Shown: piece after piece, positions 10,559-18,775 of the stretch
How the letters are laid out: every line of letters begins with the position of its first letter
Numbering within the stretch: the first letter of the stretch is position 1
Assembly (NCBI GenBank): GCA_021654395.1
Contig: AP024486.1
Location: 210,001-242,000, forward strand
DNA from: Candidatus Saccharimonadota bacterium
Lineage (GTDB): Archaea > Micrarchaeota > Micrarchaeia > Micrarchaeales > Micrarchaeaceae
Direction of reading: 5' to 3'
DNA: 32,000 nt
Made by a program: the position numbers and the translations under genes
Notes under the pieces: generated by a model
Told to the model about the DNA's origin: nothing
What the model saw: only the letters and a program-made list of their open reading frames with translations
Databases searched by the model: none

Positions 10559-10687
10559 CTACTCTGAATCGCATGCGCACATTCCGAATTCATCTATTCT
10601 AGAGCCACATAGCGGACAGGGCTCGCCATACTTTACCTCTTCTGGCTTCTTACCATATAGCCTCTCATGCAAAGATTCTTCATCCAT
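10559..10687 (-). CDS. Candidate small Cys-rich (zinc-ribbon-like) protein, 42 aa; absent from the ORF track
   Basis: ATG at 10687 to TAG at 10559 translates to MDEESLHERLYGKKPEEVKYGEPCPLCGSRIDEFGMCACDSE (CPxC...CxC). It fills an otherwise unexplained GC-richer stretch between convergent and divergent genes. Confidence 0.35.
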   Translation of the reverse strand: MDEESLHERLYGKKPEEVKYGEPCPLCGSRIDEFGMCACDSE

Positions 10688-10819
10688 CCTAATCAATTAT
10701 ATACTAATGCACTTTCAGATATTTAATAGTTGCTAATGGCTCTTAATCTTGTAATACTCTTATACTAGATATTGAGTAATCTTAATAAAAGATTAGCACA
10801 AATCTATATTAGTGATCTT

Positions 10820-12133
10820 ATGCCAAAGAGAGTCATAATACTTGGTGCAGCCGGTAGAGACTTTCATAACTTTAATATCTTATTTAGAGATAACAAAGAG
10901 TATGAGGTTGTTGGATTTACTGCTAATCAGATACCATATATATCTGGAAGGAGATATCCAGCGTCTTTAGCAGGCTCACTTTATAAGGACGGTATTCAAA
11001 TATATGATGAGGCTGATCTATCAAAGCTAATAAAAGAGCTGAATGTAGATATGGCAGTCTTGTCTTATAGCGATCTAAATTATACTGAAGTAATGCATAA
11101 GGCAAGTATAGCAAATGCTGCAGGAGCTGATTTCTGGCTTGTTGCTCCAGAGCACACTATGCTTAAGTCTAATAAGAAGGTTATTGCTGTATGTGCAGTT
11201 AGAACAGGATCTGGTAAGAGCCAGACATCTAGATATATAGCAAAGATAGTAAAGTCATTAGGCATGAAGGCAGTAGTGATAAGGCATCCAATGCCTTATG
11301 GAGATCTAGAGAAGCAGAAGGTTCAAAGATTTGAGAGCTTAGAGGACTTAGATAAGAATAGATGTACAATAGAAGAAAGAGAGGACTATGAACCACATAT
11401 AAGGAATGGATTTGTTGTATACTCTGGTGTGGATTATGAAGCCATATTGAGAGAAGCTGAAAAGGAGGCAGATCTTATAATATGGGATGGTGGTAATAAC
11501 GATGCACCATTTATAAAGCCAGATCTAATGATAACTGTTGCTGATCCATTAAGAGTCGGTCATGAGCTCAGCTACTATCCTGGAGAGATAGTTGCGAGGA
11601 TGGCAGATATAATAGTTATAAATAAGGTGAACTCTGCTAAGAAAGAAGATGTTGATAGATTAATATCTAATCTCAAGAGCATAAATAGTAAAGCAAAGAT
11701 AGTATTAGCTAACTCTGAGATCTATACAGAAGAAGGTCAGCTAATAAAGGGCAAGAGAGTCTTAGTAATAGAAGATGGACCTACTGTAACACATGGTGAG
11801 ATGAGATTTGGAGCAGCTACCGTTGCTGCAAAGATCTTTGGGGCAAGGGAGATACTAGATCCAAGACCTTTTGCAGTTGGTGAGATAAAAGCTACATTTG
11901 AGAAGTATAAGCACCTTGATAAGGTTCTGCCAGCTGTTGGTTATAGTGATAAGCAGATAAAAGACTTAGAGGATACTATTAACAATAGCGAGGCTGATCT
12001 AGTAATATCTGCAACACCTACAGATCTAAGGAATATAATCAAGGTTAATAAGAAGATAGTTCAGATAAGATATGAGCTAAAGCCTCTTGATGATACATTA
12101 GAATCTAGTGTAAAGCAGCTGCTAAAGGCGTAG
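10820..12133 (+). CDS. COG2403-type P-loop protein (cyclic 2,3-diphosphoglycerate synthetase-like / predicted GTPase)
   Basis: MPKRVIILGAAGRDFHNFNILFRDNKEYEVVGFTANQIP followed by P-loop-like AVRTGSGKSQTS. The ORF extends to a TTG at 10772, but the ATG at 10820 matches the usual family N-terminus. Confidence 0.6.
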   Translation: MPKRVIILGAAGRDFHNFNILFRDNKEYEVVGFTANQIPYISGRRYPASLAGSLYKDGIQIYDEADLSKLIKELNVDMAVLSYSDLNYTEVMHKASIANAAGADFWLVAPEHTMLKSNKKVIAVCAVRTGSGKSQTSRYIAKIVKSLGMKAVVIRHPMPYGDLEKQKVQRFESLEDLDKNRCTIEEREDYEPHIRNGFVVYSGVDYEAILREAEKEADLIIWDGGNNDAPFIKPDLMITVADPLRVGHELSYYPGEIVARMADIIVINKVNSAKKEDVDRLISNLKSINSKAKIVLANSEIYTEEGQLIKGKRVLVIEDGPTVTHGEMRFGAATVAAKIFGAREILDPRPFAVGEIKATFEKYKHLDKVLPAVGYSDKQIKDLEDTINNSEADLVISATPTDLRNIIKVNKKIVQIRYELKPLDDTLESSVKQLLKA

Positions 12134-12138
12134 TTATA

Positions 12139-12534
12139 ATGCATTACAGATACATCTTTATAGTTCTATTAATAAGCTTAGCAGATACTACATATCTTAC
12201 TATAGCTCATTATGATAGCGGTATAACTCTTTACTGCCCAGATAAAGGCATAATAAACTGTAACTATGTAACAAGTAGTGTATACTCAGAGATCCTTGGT
12301 ATCCCTATAGCTCTATTGGGGCTTATATGGAGTATTGTTAGCATAGTACTAGCGTATATGAGCTATAAGACTATTCTAGATATCAGATATATTAGAATAA
12401 TGAGCCTATTCGGATTAGCAGCGCTAATCTATTCAGTAGCAGCTATGTCCCTATTAGGAAAGATATGCTTATACTGTAGCTTATTGGATATTATGCTGCT
12501 ATCCTTCTTTATACTAGTGTTCTTTATTCCATAA
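12139..12534 (+). CDS. VKOR-family membrane thiol oxidoreductase
   Basis: 131 aa with about 4 TM helices. It has a loop cysteine pair (YCPDKGIINC) and an intramembrane CXXC (GKICLYCSLL), the layout typical of vitamin K epoxide reductase homologues. Confidence 0.6.
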   Translation: MHYRYIFIVLLISLADTTYLTIAHYDSGITLYCPDKGIINCNYVTSSVYSEILGIPIALLGLIWSIVSIVLAYMSYKTILDIRYIRIMSLFGLAALIYSVAAMSLLGKICLYCSLLDIMLLSFFILVFFIP

Positions 12535-12583
12535 TAAGACTTTTTAAGATTGATGCTTTAAATTGATTATAGGGTGTCTCCTT

Positions 12584-13327
12584 ATGCAAACGGCAAAAAC
12601 CGCAGAGATTGGACTTGCTGTGCTTGTTGTAATCTTACTGATCCTAACAGTATACTATGCATCGCTATACGGAAGTGAGGTAGCTAAGTACAATGCATTG
12701 TCTAGCAGCGTGACAGCATCTAGTGGTCAGAGTAGCAACGCAGAGCTAGCAAAGCTCTCAAGCATGTATAATCAGACATTAGCACAGCTAGATGCATTAA
12801 AGCAAGAGTATAGTAACTACACAAAAGGAATAGGAGCATATCAGAATAATAGTGCATTACTAGCAGCATATCAGCACTGGAATAATATAGCAATAGAGAA
12901 CACAAGCCTGATAATGAGTAACTATCAGAGCAATGCAGTACTGCATTGGATTGGAGGTCCATTAAGCGGAAATTATACTGGATACGCAAATATAAGTAAG
13001 GTATGGAACAAGTTTAACAATCTATACGAATATGTTGTATGGTATGCTGTGAATCCGCCAACAGTAAGCAGCGTATCTGCAGATACATATAAGGTAGTAG
13101 CGCCATTGCAGTTTGTGGTATTTCCATTCCCAACAAGTAGCAATCCAAAGCCTCATGAGCTAGTACTAAACGTTACAGAGACATTATACATGCAATATAA
13201 CACAACAACATATGCCTCTAAGATATATAATGAGACATGGAAGGTGGCTCCAATAAGTATAAGCAGCGTAGCAACAGGATATCAGCCAAGCATATATAGC
13301 AATACAACTGGCAATATGACTGCCTAA
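12584..13327 (+). CDS. Secreted or membrane-anchored sequon-rich protein, unknown function
   Basis: N-terminal signal anchor MQTAKTAEIGLAVLVVILLILTVYY. The rest is S/N/T/Y/Q-rich, charge-poor, with at least 10 NxS/T sequons. TATA-like gctttaaatt lies about 27 nt upstream of the ATG at 12584. The ORF formally opens at a TTG at 12563. Confidence 0.55.
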   Translation: MQTAKTAEIGLAVLVVILLILTVYYASLYGSEVAKYNALSSSVTASSGQSSNAELAKLSSMYNQTLAQLDALKQEYSNYTKGIGAYQNNSALLAAYQHWNNIAIENTSLIMSNYQSNAVLHWIGGPLSGNYTGYANISKVWNKFNNLYEYVVWYAVNPPTVSSVSADTYKVVAPLQFVVFPFPTSSNPKPHELVLNVTETLYMQYNTTTYASKIYNETWKVAPISISSVATGYQPSIYSNTTGNMTA

Positions 13328-14172
13328 CGACTGAATATGGATCTTATTATTAGCTTAAGGTTTACTCCTTCTTTTATTCTTCTTGTTGTATAAGGTATCC
13401 AGTCCTTACCATAAGGCAAGTATAGATAAACCTTGTTATCTATAGCTAGCTCTTTTGCTAACCTATCTCTTATTCCATAAAGCATTGCAAAGCTAACTCT
13501 TCTCTTAAGCTTCTTATTTTGCTTTATAGTATAATCTATTATATTAGAGTCATGTGTAGCAACTATAAAATTATCGTTATGCTTAAATAGATAATCAAGC
13601 AGCTTATAGTAGCTCTTAGTTACATCATCTCTAGAGATATAGAACTCTTCTTTATTAGATGGCTTATAAGCTCCTTTTACTAGTCTTATTCTTGCTTTTA
13701 TCTTACTTAATCTAATTATATCATCTAAGCTTCTTCTTAGATATGATTGAATACATATACCGAACAGCTCTCTATTGCTACTACTATATAGCTCTTTAAA
13801 GAGTCTAATTGTTTTATCTACTGTATCATACTCTTCCATATCAAGCCATACCTCTATATTGCTCTTATATGCCTTATTGAGTATACTCTTTAGATTGCTT
13901 AGAGCTAGCTTATAAGAGAGATCTAGACCTATCTGTGAAGGCTTTAGTGATATAACTGCCTTAAGCTTCTCTTTTCTTATAGCATCTATTATTTTAAGAT
14001 ACTCATTTACATTGCTATCTACTTTATCTGTATCCTTAATATGCTCCCCTATAAAGTTTATCATAGCTACTATATTATCTTTATTTAGCTCTTTTGCTAC
14101 TCTTATTGCATCCTCTAGTCTGGGCCCAGGTATCCACTTCTTAGCTATTAATCCTTCTAGAAGCTCATTCAT
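13324..14172 (-). CDS. Proline dehydrogenase family protein (monofunctional ProDH-like)
   Basis: 282 aa with ordered motifs: INFIGEH, SLKPSQIGL, VWLDMEE, IRLVKGAY, VATHD. Confidence 0.75.
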   Translation of the reverse strand: MNELLEGLIAKKWIPGPRLEDAIRVAKELNKDNIVAMINFIGEHIKDTDKVDSNVNEYLKIIDAIRKEKLKAVISLKPSQIGLDLSYKLALSNLKSILNKAYKSNIEVWLDMEEYDTVDKTIRLFKELYSSSNRELFGICIQSYLRRSLDDIIRLSKIKARIRLVKGAYKPSNKEEFYISRDDVTKSYYKLLDYLFKHNDNFIVATHDSNIIDYTIKQNKKLKRRVSFAMLYGIRDRLAKELAIDNKVYLYLPYGKDWIPYTTRRIKEGVNLKLIIRSIFSR

Positions 14173-14782
14173 CTAACTCATTCCTAAGAGCTTTTATAAA
14201 AGAATCTTTATCTTTATACTTTATACATCTTATCCCTATCTTTTTAGCAGTCTCTATATTTTGATCTCTATCATCTATAAATACTACCTCTTTTGGCTTA
14301 ACAGCGTAGTAATCAAGCACCTTGTAGAATGCTCTGGGATCTTTCTTGCTGTAACCTGTATAAGAGGAGATAAATATTCGATCAGGCAATGAGTAGTCAA
14401 TAAGATTCATTCTTTTCTCTATAAGATAACTTACTCTTGATACATCTGTTATATAAGCTATAGTATATCCTTTCAACTTATAGCTTCTATATATCTCCTC
14501 TATATCCCTATCTACTTTAGCCCTTGCCTTTATTGTATTTATCCATTCCTCTCTCGCTCTTCTCTTGCTTATATTAAGCTCCTTTGCTATAATACTAAAG
14601 AACTCATCAATCTTTATCTTATTTATATCTAATAGCTCAGAGTATCTCTCTATTAAGGCATTAGCTTTTTTAGGATCTATATTAAAGAGCTCAGCATATC
14701 TCTCTGCTATATAGCTATTATCAAACTCTATTATAACGCCTCCCATATCGCTTAGTATCAGAGGTAGCTTAGTTAATCTCAT
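14165..14782 (-). CDS. HAD-superfamily hydrolase (subfamily IA, YihX-like motif I)
   Basis: Motif I LSDMGGVII (Asp nucleophile; the D+2 position is Gly) and motif IV FIDDRDQNIETAKKIGI. Overlaps the ProDH start by 8 nt. Confidence 0.75.
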   Translation of the reverse strand: MRLTKLPLILSDMGGVIIEFDNSYIAERYAELFNIDPKKANALIERYSELLDINKIKIDEFFSIIAKELNISKRRAREEWINTIKARAKVDRDIEEIYRSYKLKGYTIAYITDVSRVSYLIEKRMNLIDYSLPDRIFISSYTGYSKKDPRAFYKVLDYYAVKPKEVVFIDDRDQNIETAKKIGIRCIKYKDKDSFIKALRNELDE

Positions 14783-14820
14783 GGGTATCTGTAATTAATA
14801 GAAGTAGTGGGTAAATCTAT

Positions 14821-15936
14821 TTAATATTTAACATAGAATCCTTTACTATAGCTTTCTAATTCTATAAGATCTAAGTGCTTCTTCTTAGCAAATAGCTTAA
14901 GTCTATTATAGTCAGATTTAGATATAGATAATGCAGCTATAGCGTCCTTTCCACCAGCTCCAGGGACTCTTGCAACAAATGCACCATTCTCTTCTAAGCT
15001 CTCTATTAGAGCAGTTGTCTTATCATCCTCTATATCTACACCTGCCTCTCTTCCAAGAAGCTTTGTTAATAATCTTGCTGCTGTAAATGCATACTTAAAT
15101 CTTGTTTTATTGCTTTCTATATGGCTTAAGGCTCTTATAGCCCTTCTATCATAGTAATCTATAAGAGAGATTATCTCGTTATAGAGACTGCTATTTGCTT
15201 TCTTAAATTCGAATACCTTAGATACAAGATCATTTGTATCACTATAACCTCTCTTGTTCATTATAAGAGCTACTCTAAATATCTTACTTAATGATAGCCT
15301 CTTTATCTTATAGTCCCATCTCTTAGATACAAGATCTGCTACTCTTTCTCTTACATTATCTTCCTTTATATCCTTTAGTAGATCTGGAGTGAATCTTGTA
15401 TACACTATACTACCGTATGTCGCTGCTGCCACATCAAATCCACTACCTATCTTACCATTCGCAATACTATGCGCTATCTGGGCTAGTTTATGTATAGTTT
15501 CTATATCTTTTATATTATAGCTATACATTATAGCTGCTATAATTGCAACTGTAGCTGCTGCGCTTGCACCAAGACCCGTCTTTCTAACTATCTTTCCTTT
15601 TCTATCAGCTATATAGCCAAAGCCTTTATCATTATGGCTATCAATCTTGAAAGGCGTTACCCTAATGCCTAATGAGTCTAAGTAGGAGCAGGCAGTTATA
15701 ACAGATGATGTAGCAATCCTATATCTAGGATCTATAGAGCTAAGATCCAGATCATAGATACTTTTAAAGCTGATCTTATCATCTAATGCTCTAAAGCTTA
15801 TCTCAAATCTATCAGAAGCATCAAGGCTTACATTAACAAACTCTTTAACTGTTGTAACAAAGCCTATATTTGGCCTTTCTAAGACAGCGTAGCCGCCTAG
15901 CCATAGTATCTTGCCTGGCGCCTTTGCTACTATCAT
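14821..15936 (-). CDS. Phosphomevalonate kinase (ERG8-type GHMP kinase)
   Basis: N-terminus KAPGKILWLGGYAVLE, GHMP motif II TGLGASAAATVAIIAAI, motif III VPGAGGKDAIAAL. Confidence 0.75.
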   Translation of the reverse strand: MIVAKAPGKILWLGGYAVLERPNIGFVTTVKEFVNVSLDASDRFEISFRALDDKISFKSIYDLDLSSIDPRYRIATSSVITACSYLDSLGIRVTPFKIDSHNDKGFGYIADRKGKIVRKTGLGASAAATVAIIAAIMYSYNIKDIETIHKLAQIAHSIANGKIGSGFDVAAATYGSIVYTRFTPDLLKDIKEDNVRERVADLVSKRWDYKIKRLSLSKIFRVALIMNKRGYSDTNDLVSKVFEFKKANSSLYNEIISLIDYYDRRAIRALSHIESNKTRFKYAFTAARLLTKLLGREAGVDIEDDKTTALIESLEENGAFVARVPGAGGKDAIAALSISKSDYNRLKLFAKKKHLDLIELESYSKGFYVKY

Positions 15937-15949
15937 ATATATCAGCTAT

Positions 15950-16963
15950 CTAGAATAGGCTCTTATCAACAAGATGAGCACCGTCTCCTGGCTTTAGTAT
16001 ATATACTGCATCTGATTCTATATCGCTAATAAGCTTAACTACTTTATCAAGATTTGATTCATCTGTTATTATATGAGGATTTTGACCTGCATCAAAGGTA
16101 TATGCACATATATTCCTATCCTTATTGATCTCATGCACCTTATATATCACCTCTTTAGATCTATCACTTAAGTAGATTATCGGAGGATATGTATCCATTA
16201 GAACAGCGTGAAAGTTATTACTCTCTTTCATAATAAGCTCATATAGCTTATGATAATCCTTATTCTTTATGCTGCTTAAGATCTCACTTATTAATTGCTC
16301 TGCAATATCAACTCTAGATCTGAATAGCCTACTAGTTGATACCGTTGTCTTCATTCCGGCTCTTGACTTAATCTTCTTCTCCTCATTGCTAAGCACCATT
16401 ACTATATCTACAAGATCTAGATCATTACTGCTTATAAGCTCTTCAGAGTATGAATCGCTGCCATCATCAAGCTCTCCTTTATGCCATAATGATAATCCCC
16501 CGGTTATGCTTCTACAGGCGCTACCGCTACCCTGTCTAGCTATTACAGAAAGCTCTTTTCTTGATAGGTTTAAGCCTAGAGCCTTAGAGGCTGCTACTGT
16601 TAATGCACTTATTCCAGATGCGCTACTTGCTAGTCCTGCTGCTGTAGGAAATGAGTTAAATGATTCTACTCTAAAGTGCATCTCTTTAGCATCTGCAAGC
16701 TCCTTAAGTATCTCTATCACTCTTATTGCTTCATTATGCTCTTTGTCTAGAGGTTGCTCTAATCCGTTTATTATAAAGCTGTCTCTATCTAGTCTGCTTG
16801 AGAACTCTACAGTAGTAATAGTATGGAATGGCTTGTTATCTAAAGTATATGGGCTTAGGGTCATGCTTAATGATGAATTGAATGGAAGTATGAGCCTCTC
16901 GTCTCTCTTACCCCAGTACTTTACAAATGCTATATTTGATGGACCTATAGCTGATGCCTTCAT
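15950..16963 (-). CDS. mvaD: Diphosphomevalonate decarboxylase
   Basis: NIAFVKYWGKRDERLILPFNSSLSMTL, AGLASSASGISAL and GSGSACRS. Sits between the MVK and PMK genes. Confidence 0.85.
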   Translation of the reverse strand: MKASAIGPSNIAFVKYWGKRDERLILPFNSSLSMTLSPYTLDNKPFHTITTVEFSSRLDRDSFIINGLEQPLDKEHNEAIRVIEILKELADAKEMHFRVESFNSFPTAAGLASSASGISALTVAASKALGLNLSRKELSVIARQGSGSACRSITGGLSLWHKGELDDGSDSYSEELISSNDLDLVDIVMVLSNEEKKIKSRAGMKTTVSTSRLFRSRVDIAEQLISEILSSIKNKDYHKLYELIMKESNNFHAVLMDTYPPIIYLSDRSKEVIYKVHEINKDRNICAYTFDAGQNPHIITDESNLDKVVKLISDIESDAVYILKPGDGAHLVDKSLF

Positions 16964-17937
16964 AAAGAATCTCCATAAAGCTTTCTAAATGTAGGGTTAA
17001 CGCAGACCTCAGATCTTATAACCTTAAATCCATCCTTCTGCATAAGGTCTATAAAGCTGCTTATATCCTTATTTGGATTGTATAATGCTATAGCTATACC
17101 GCCACCACCACCCCCAGATAGCTTAGCTCCTAGTATAGCATCGTCCTTTCTAGACTCTTCTACAACAAGATCTAGATTATCATTAGATACTCCTAACTCT
17201 CTTAGTAGATCATGATTTCTAAACATAGCCTCTCCTATCATATCTAGATTGTTTAAGCTTATTCCTCTTAACATCTGATCAACGCAATCATCTATTGCAT
17301 TGAAGATAGATTCTACTCTCTCTTTATCCTTTTCATACTCTGCCTTGACATGAGCAACAGTAACGCTAGTTGGTAGCTTATTACCAGTGTCTATGACTAA
17401 TATTGGGAGGCTCTTAGCCCTGTATCTCTTTATATTGCCTTTATTATATAGTATTACACCCCCATAGAACGATGTTGGTATATCTATCTTACCTGCATTC
17501 TTATTGTTATGAGCAACTATCTCTCCTAATCTAGATAGCTCTATGAACTCTTCTTCCTTTAAGCTTATAGAGAAATGAGAGATTAGCGCTGCTGTAATAG
17601 CTACTGAGATCGCTGCGCTACTTGCCAAGCCTCTTTGTATTGGTATATCGGAAGAAATCCTTATATGCAGACCTTTTAGCTCTATACTATATCTGCTACT
17701 AAGCTCATTTAGTATATATATTAAAGGCTTGTATGTCTCTTCTATGCCTCTATCTAACTCTTCTAATCTAATGCTAATCTGCTTATTTAGATCTGGAAGC
17801 TCTATCTCTAATCTATCGCCTTTTGTATTATAAGACTCTGCTCTAGCATATAGAGACAGGCCTGCTGCAAGTGCCTTATGCTCATACACGACTGAATGCT
17901 CTCCACCAAGCTTTATAGCTGCAGCACCATAAAACAT
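16960..17937 (-). CDS. mvk: Mevalonate kinase
   Basis: AAAIKLGGEHSVVYEHKALAAGL, RGLASSAAISVAITAAL, AKLSGGGGGG. The ORF also has an upstream ATG at 17964. The ATG at 17937 gives the usual short N-terminus and avoids a 20-nt overlap. Confidence 0.8.
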   Translation of the reverse strand: MFYGAAAIKLGGEHSVVYEHKALAAGLSLYARAESYNTKGDRLEIELPDLNKQISIRLEELDRGIEETYKPLIYILNELSSRYSIELKGLHIRISSDIPIQRGLASSAAISVAITAALISHFSISLKEEEFIELSRLGEIVAHNNKNAGKIDIPTSFYGGVILYNKGNIKRYRAKSLPILVIDTGNKLPTSVTVAHVKAEYEKDKERVESIFNAIDDCVDQMLRGISLNNLDMIGEAMFRNHDLLRELGVSNDNLDLVVEESRKDDAILGAKLSGGGGGGIAIALYNPNKDISSFIDLMQKDGFKVIRSEVCVNPTFRKLYGDSL

Positions 17938-17944
17938 AATCTCA

Positions 17945-18727
17945 CTAAACAGCCTTAAATACATTCTTCTTAACTTCTAAGATCTCTCCTTGCTCCTCTA
18001 GCTGAACTAGTATAGCGTTTAGCATCCTTTTATCTATATCTAGCTTCTCTGCTAGCTGCTCTAATGTATACTCGCTCTCTTTAAGAAGTGAGATTATCTT
18101 CTTGTAGTATCTCTCTACAAGCTCTTTCTTTACTATATAGTACTTCCTATCAAAGGCCCTTGTAGCTAGTATATATCCTCTTTTCACTAGATCCTCTATC
18201 CTTTTAGAGAGATGTACTGCTTCGTTCTCACTCTCTATTATAGTATATCCATTATCCATAAGCTCTCTATACTTAATGTCAATAGGATCTGCTGGAGCGC
18301 TCTCCACTATATAGCTACCATTACTTATTGCCTCATATATAGACTCAGGAATAGTATATCTCTCCTCTTCTTCGTTTGCTTTCTTAAACTTTATTATGAA
18401 TCCTTTCCTTAATAGATCATTTAGAGTCTCCTTCTCTTCATTATTTAGCTTAGCCTCTATATTCTTGACTGTCCTCTCATTCGACTTTAATGCAGTTATC
18501 TGCTTTAATAGCATTAGCTCCCTCTCGCTTACTCTTACTTGATCTTTAGCCTCTACTTTCTCATTACTCTGCTGAGACTCGTCCTTTATTAATAGCAATG
18601 CAGGCTTCCCATCTATCTTTCCTATCATGAACTTGAAATCGTCTCCTTTCTTAAGATCTAGCTCCTTAGCAATATCCTCAGGTATATTTATAGCAAGGCC
18701 TAGCTTAGTAGAAAATAACTTCGCCAT
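17945..18727 (-). CDS. Putative DNA-binding protein: N-terminal AbrB/SpoVT-like domain plus winged-helix-like domains
   Basis: MAKLFSTKLGLAINIPEDIAKELDLKKGDDFKFMIG resembles the AbrB swapped-hairpin pattern. The C-terminus YTLEQLAEKLDIDKRMLNAILVQLEEQGEILEVKK is wHTH-like. The track ORF starts at 18736, but the ATG at 18727 sits about 27 nt from the shared TATA. Confidence 0.35.
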   Translation of the reverse strand: MAKLFSTKLGLAINIPEDIAKELDLKKGDDFKFMIGKIDGKPALLLIKDESQQSNEKVEAKDQVRVSERELMLLKQITALKSNERTVKNIEAKLNNEEKETLNDLLRKGFIIKFKKANEEEERYTIPESIYEAISNGSYIVESAPADPIDIKYRELMDNGYTIIESENEAVHLSKRIEDLVKRGYILATRAFDRKYYIVKKELVERYYKKIISLLKESEYTLEQLAEKLDIDKRMLNAILVQLEEQGEILEVKKNVFKAV

Positions 18728-18743
18728 AATACTCATATTAAGC

Positions 18744-18759
18744 TTTAAATTTTTATAAT
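18744..18759. promoter_or_regulatory. Shared bidirectional TATA region for divergent leaderless genes
   Basis: ctttaaatttttataa lies in a 39-48 bp divergent gap, about 21-29 nt upstream of the ATG at 18776 (+) and about 27 nt upstream of the ATG at 18727 (-). Confidence 0.45.
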
Positions 18760-18775
18760 CTACATAAAAGATAGT

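Noticed and set aside
12584-12670. Possible class III (type IV pilin-like) signal peptide on the secreted sequon-rich protein
   Set aside because: The sequence KTA/EIGLAVLVV does not fit the prepilin peptidase site, which needs a charged residue at -2 and Gly/Ala/Ser at -1. It is more simply an N-terminal signal anchor.
16269-16988. 239-aa plus-strand ORF antisense to the diphosphomevalonate decarboxylase gene
   Set aside because: Low-complexity S/L-rich translation with no motifs. It is explained by the self-complementary preferred codon set (AAG/CTT, AGC/GCT, GAG/CTC, AGA/TCT), which suppresses stops on the antisense strand. The sense gene has unambiguous MDD motifs.
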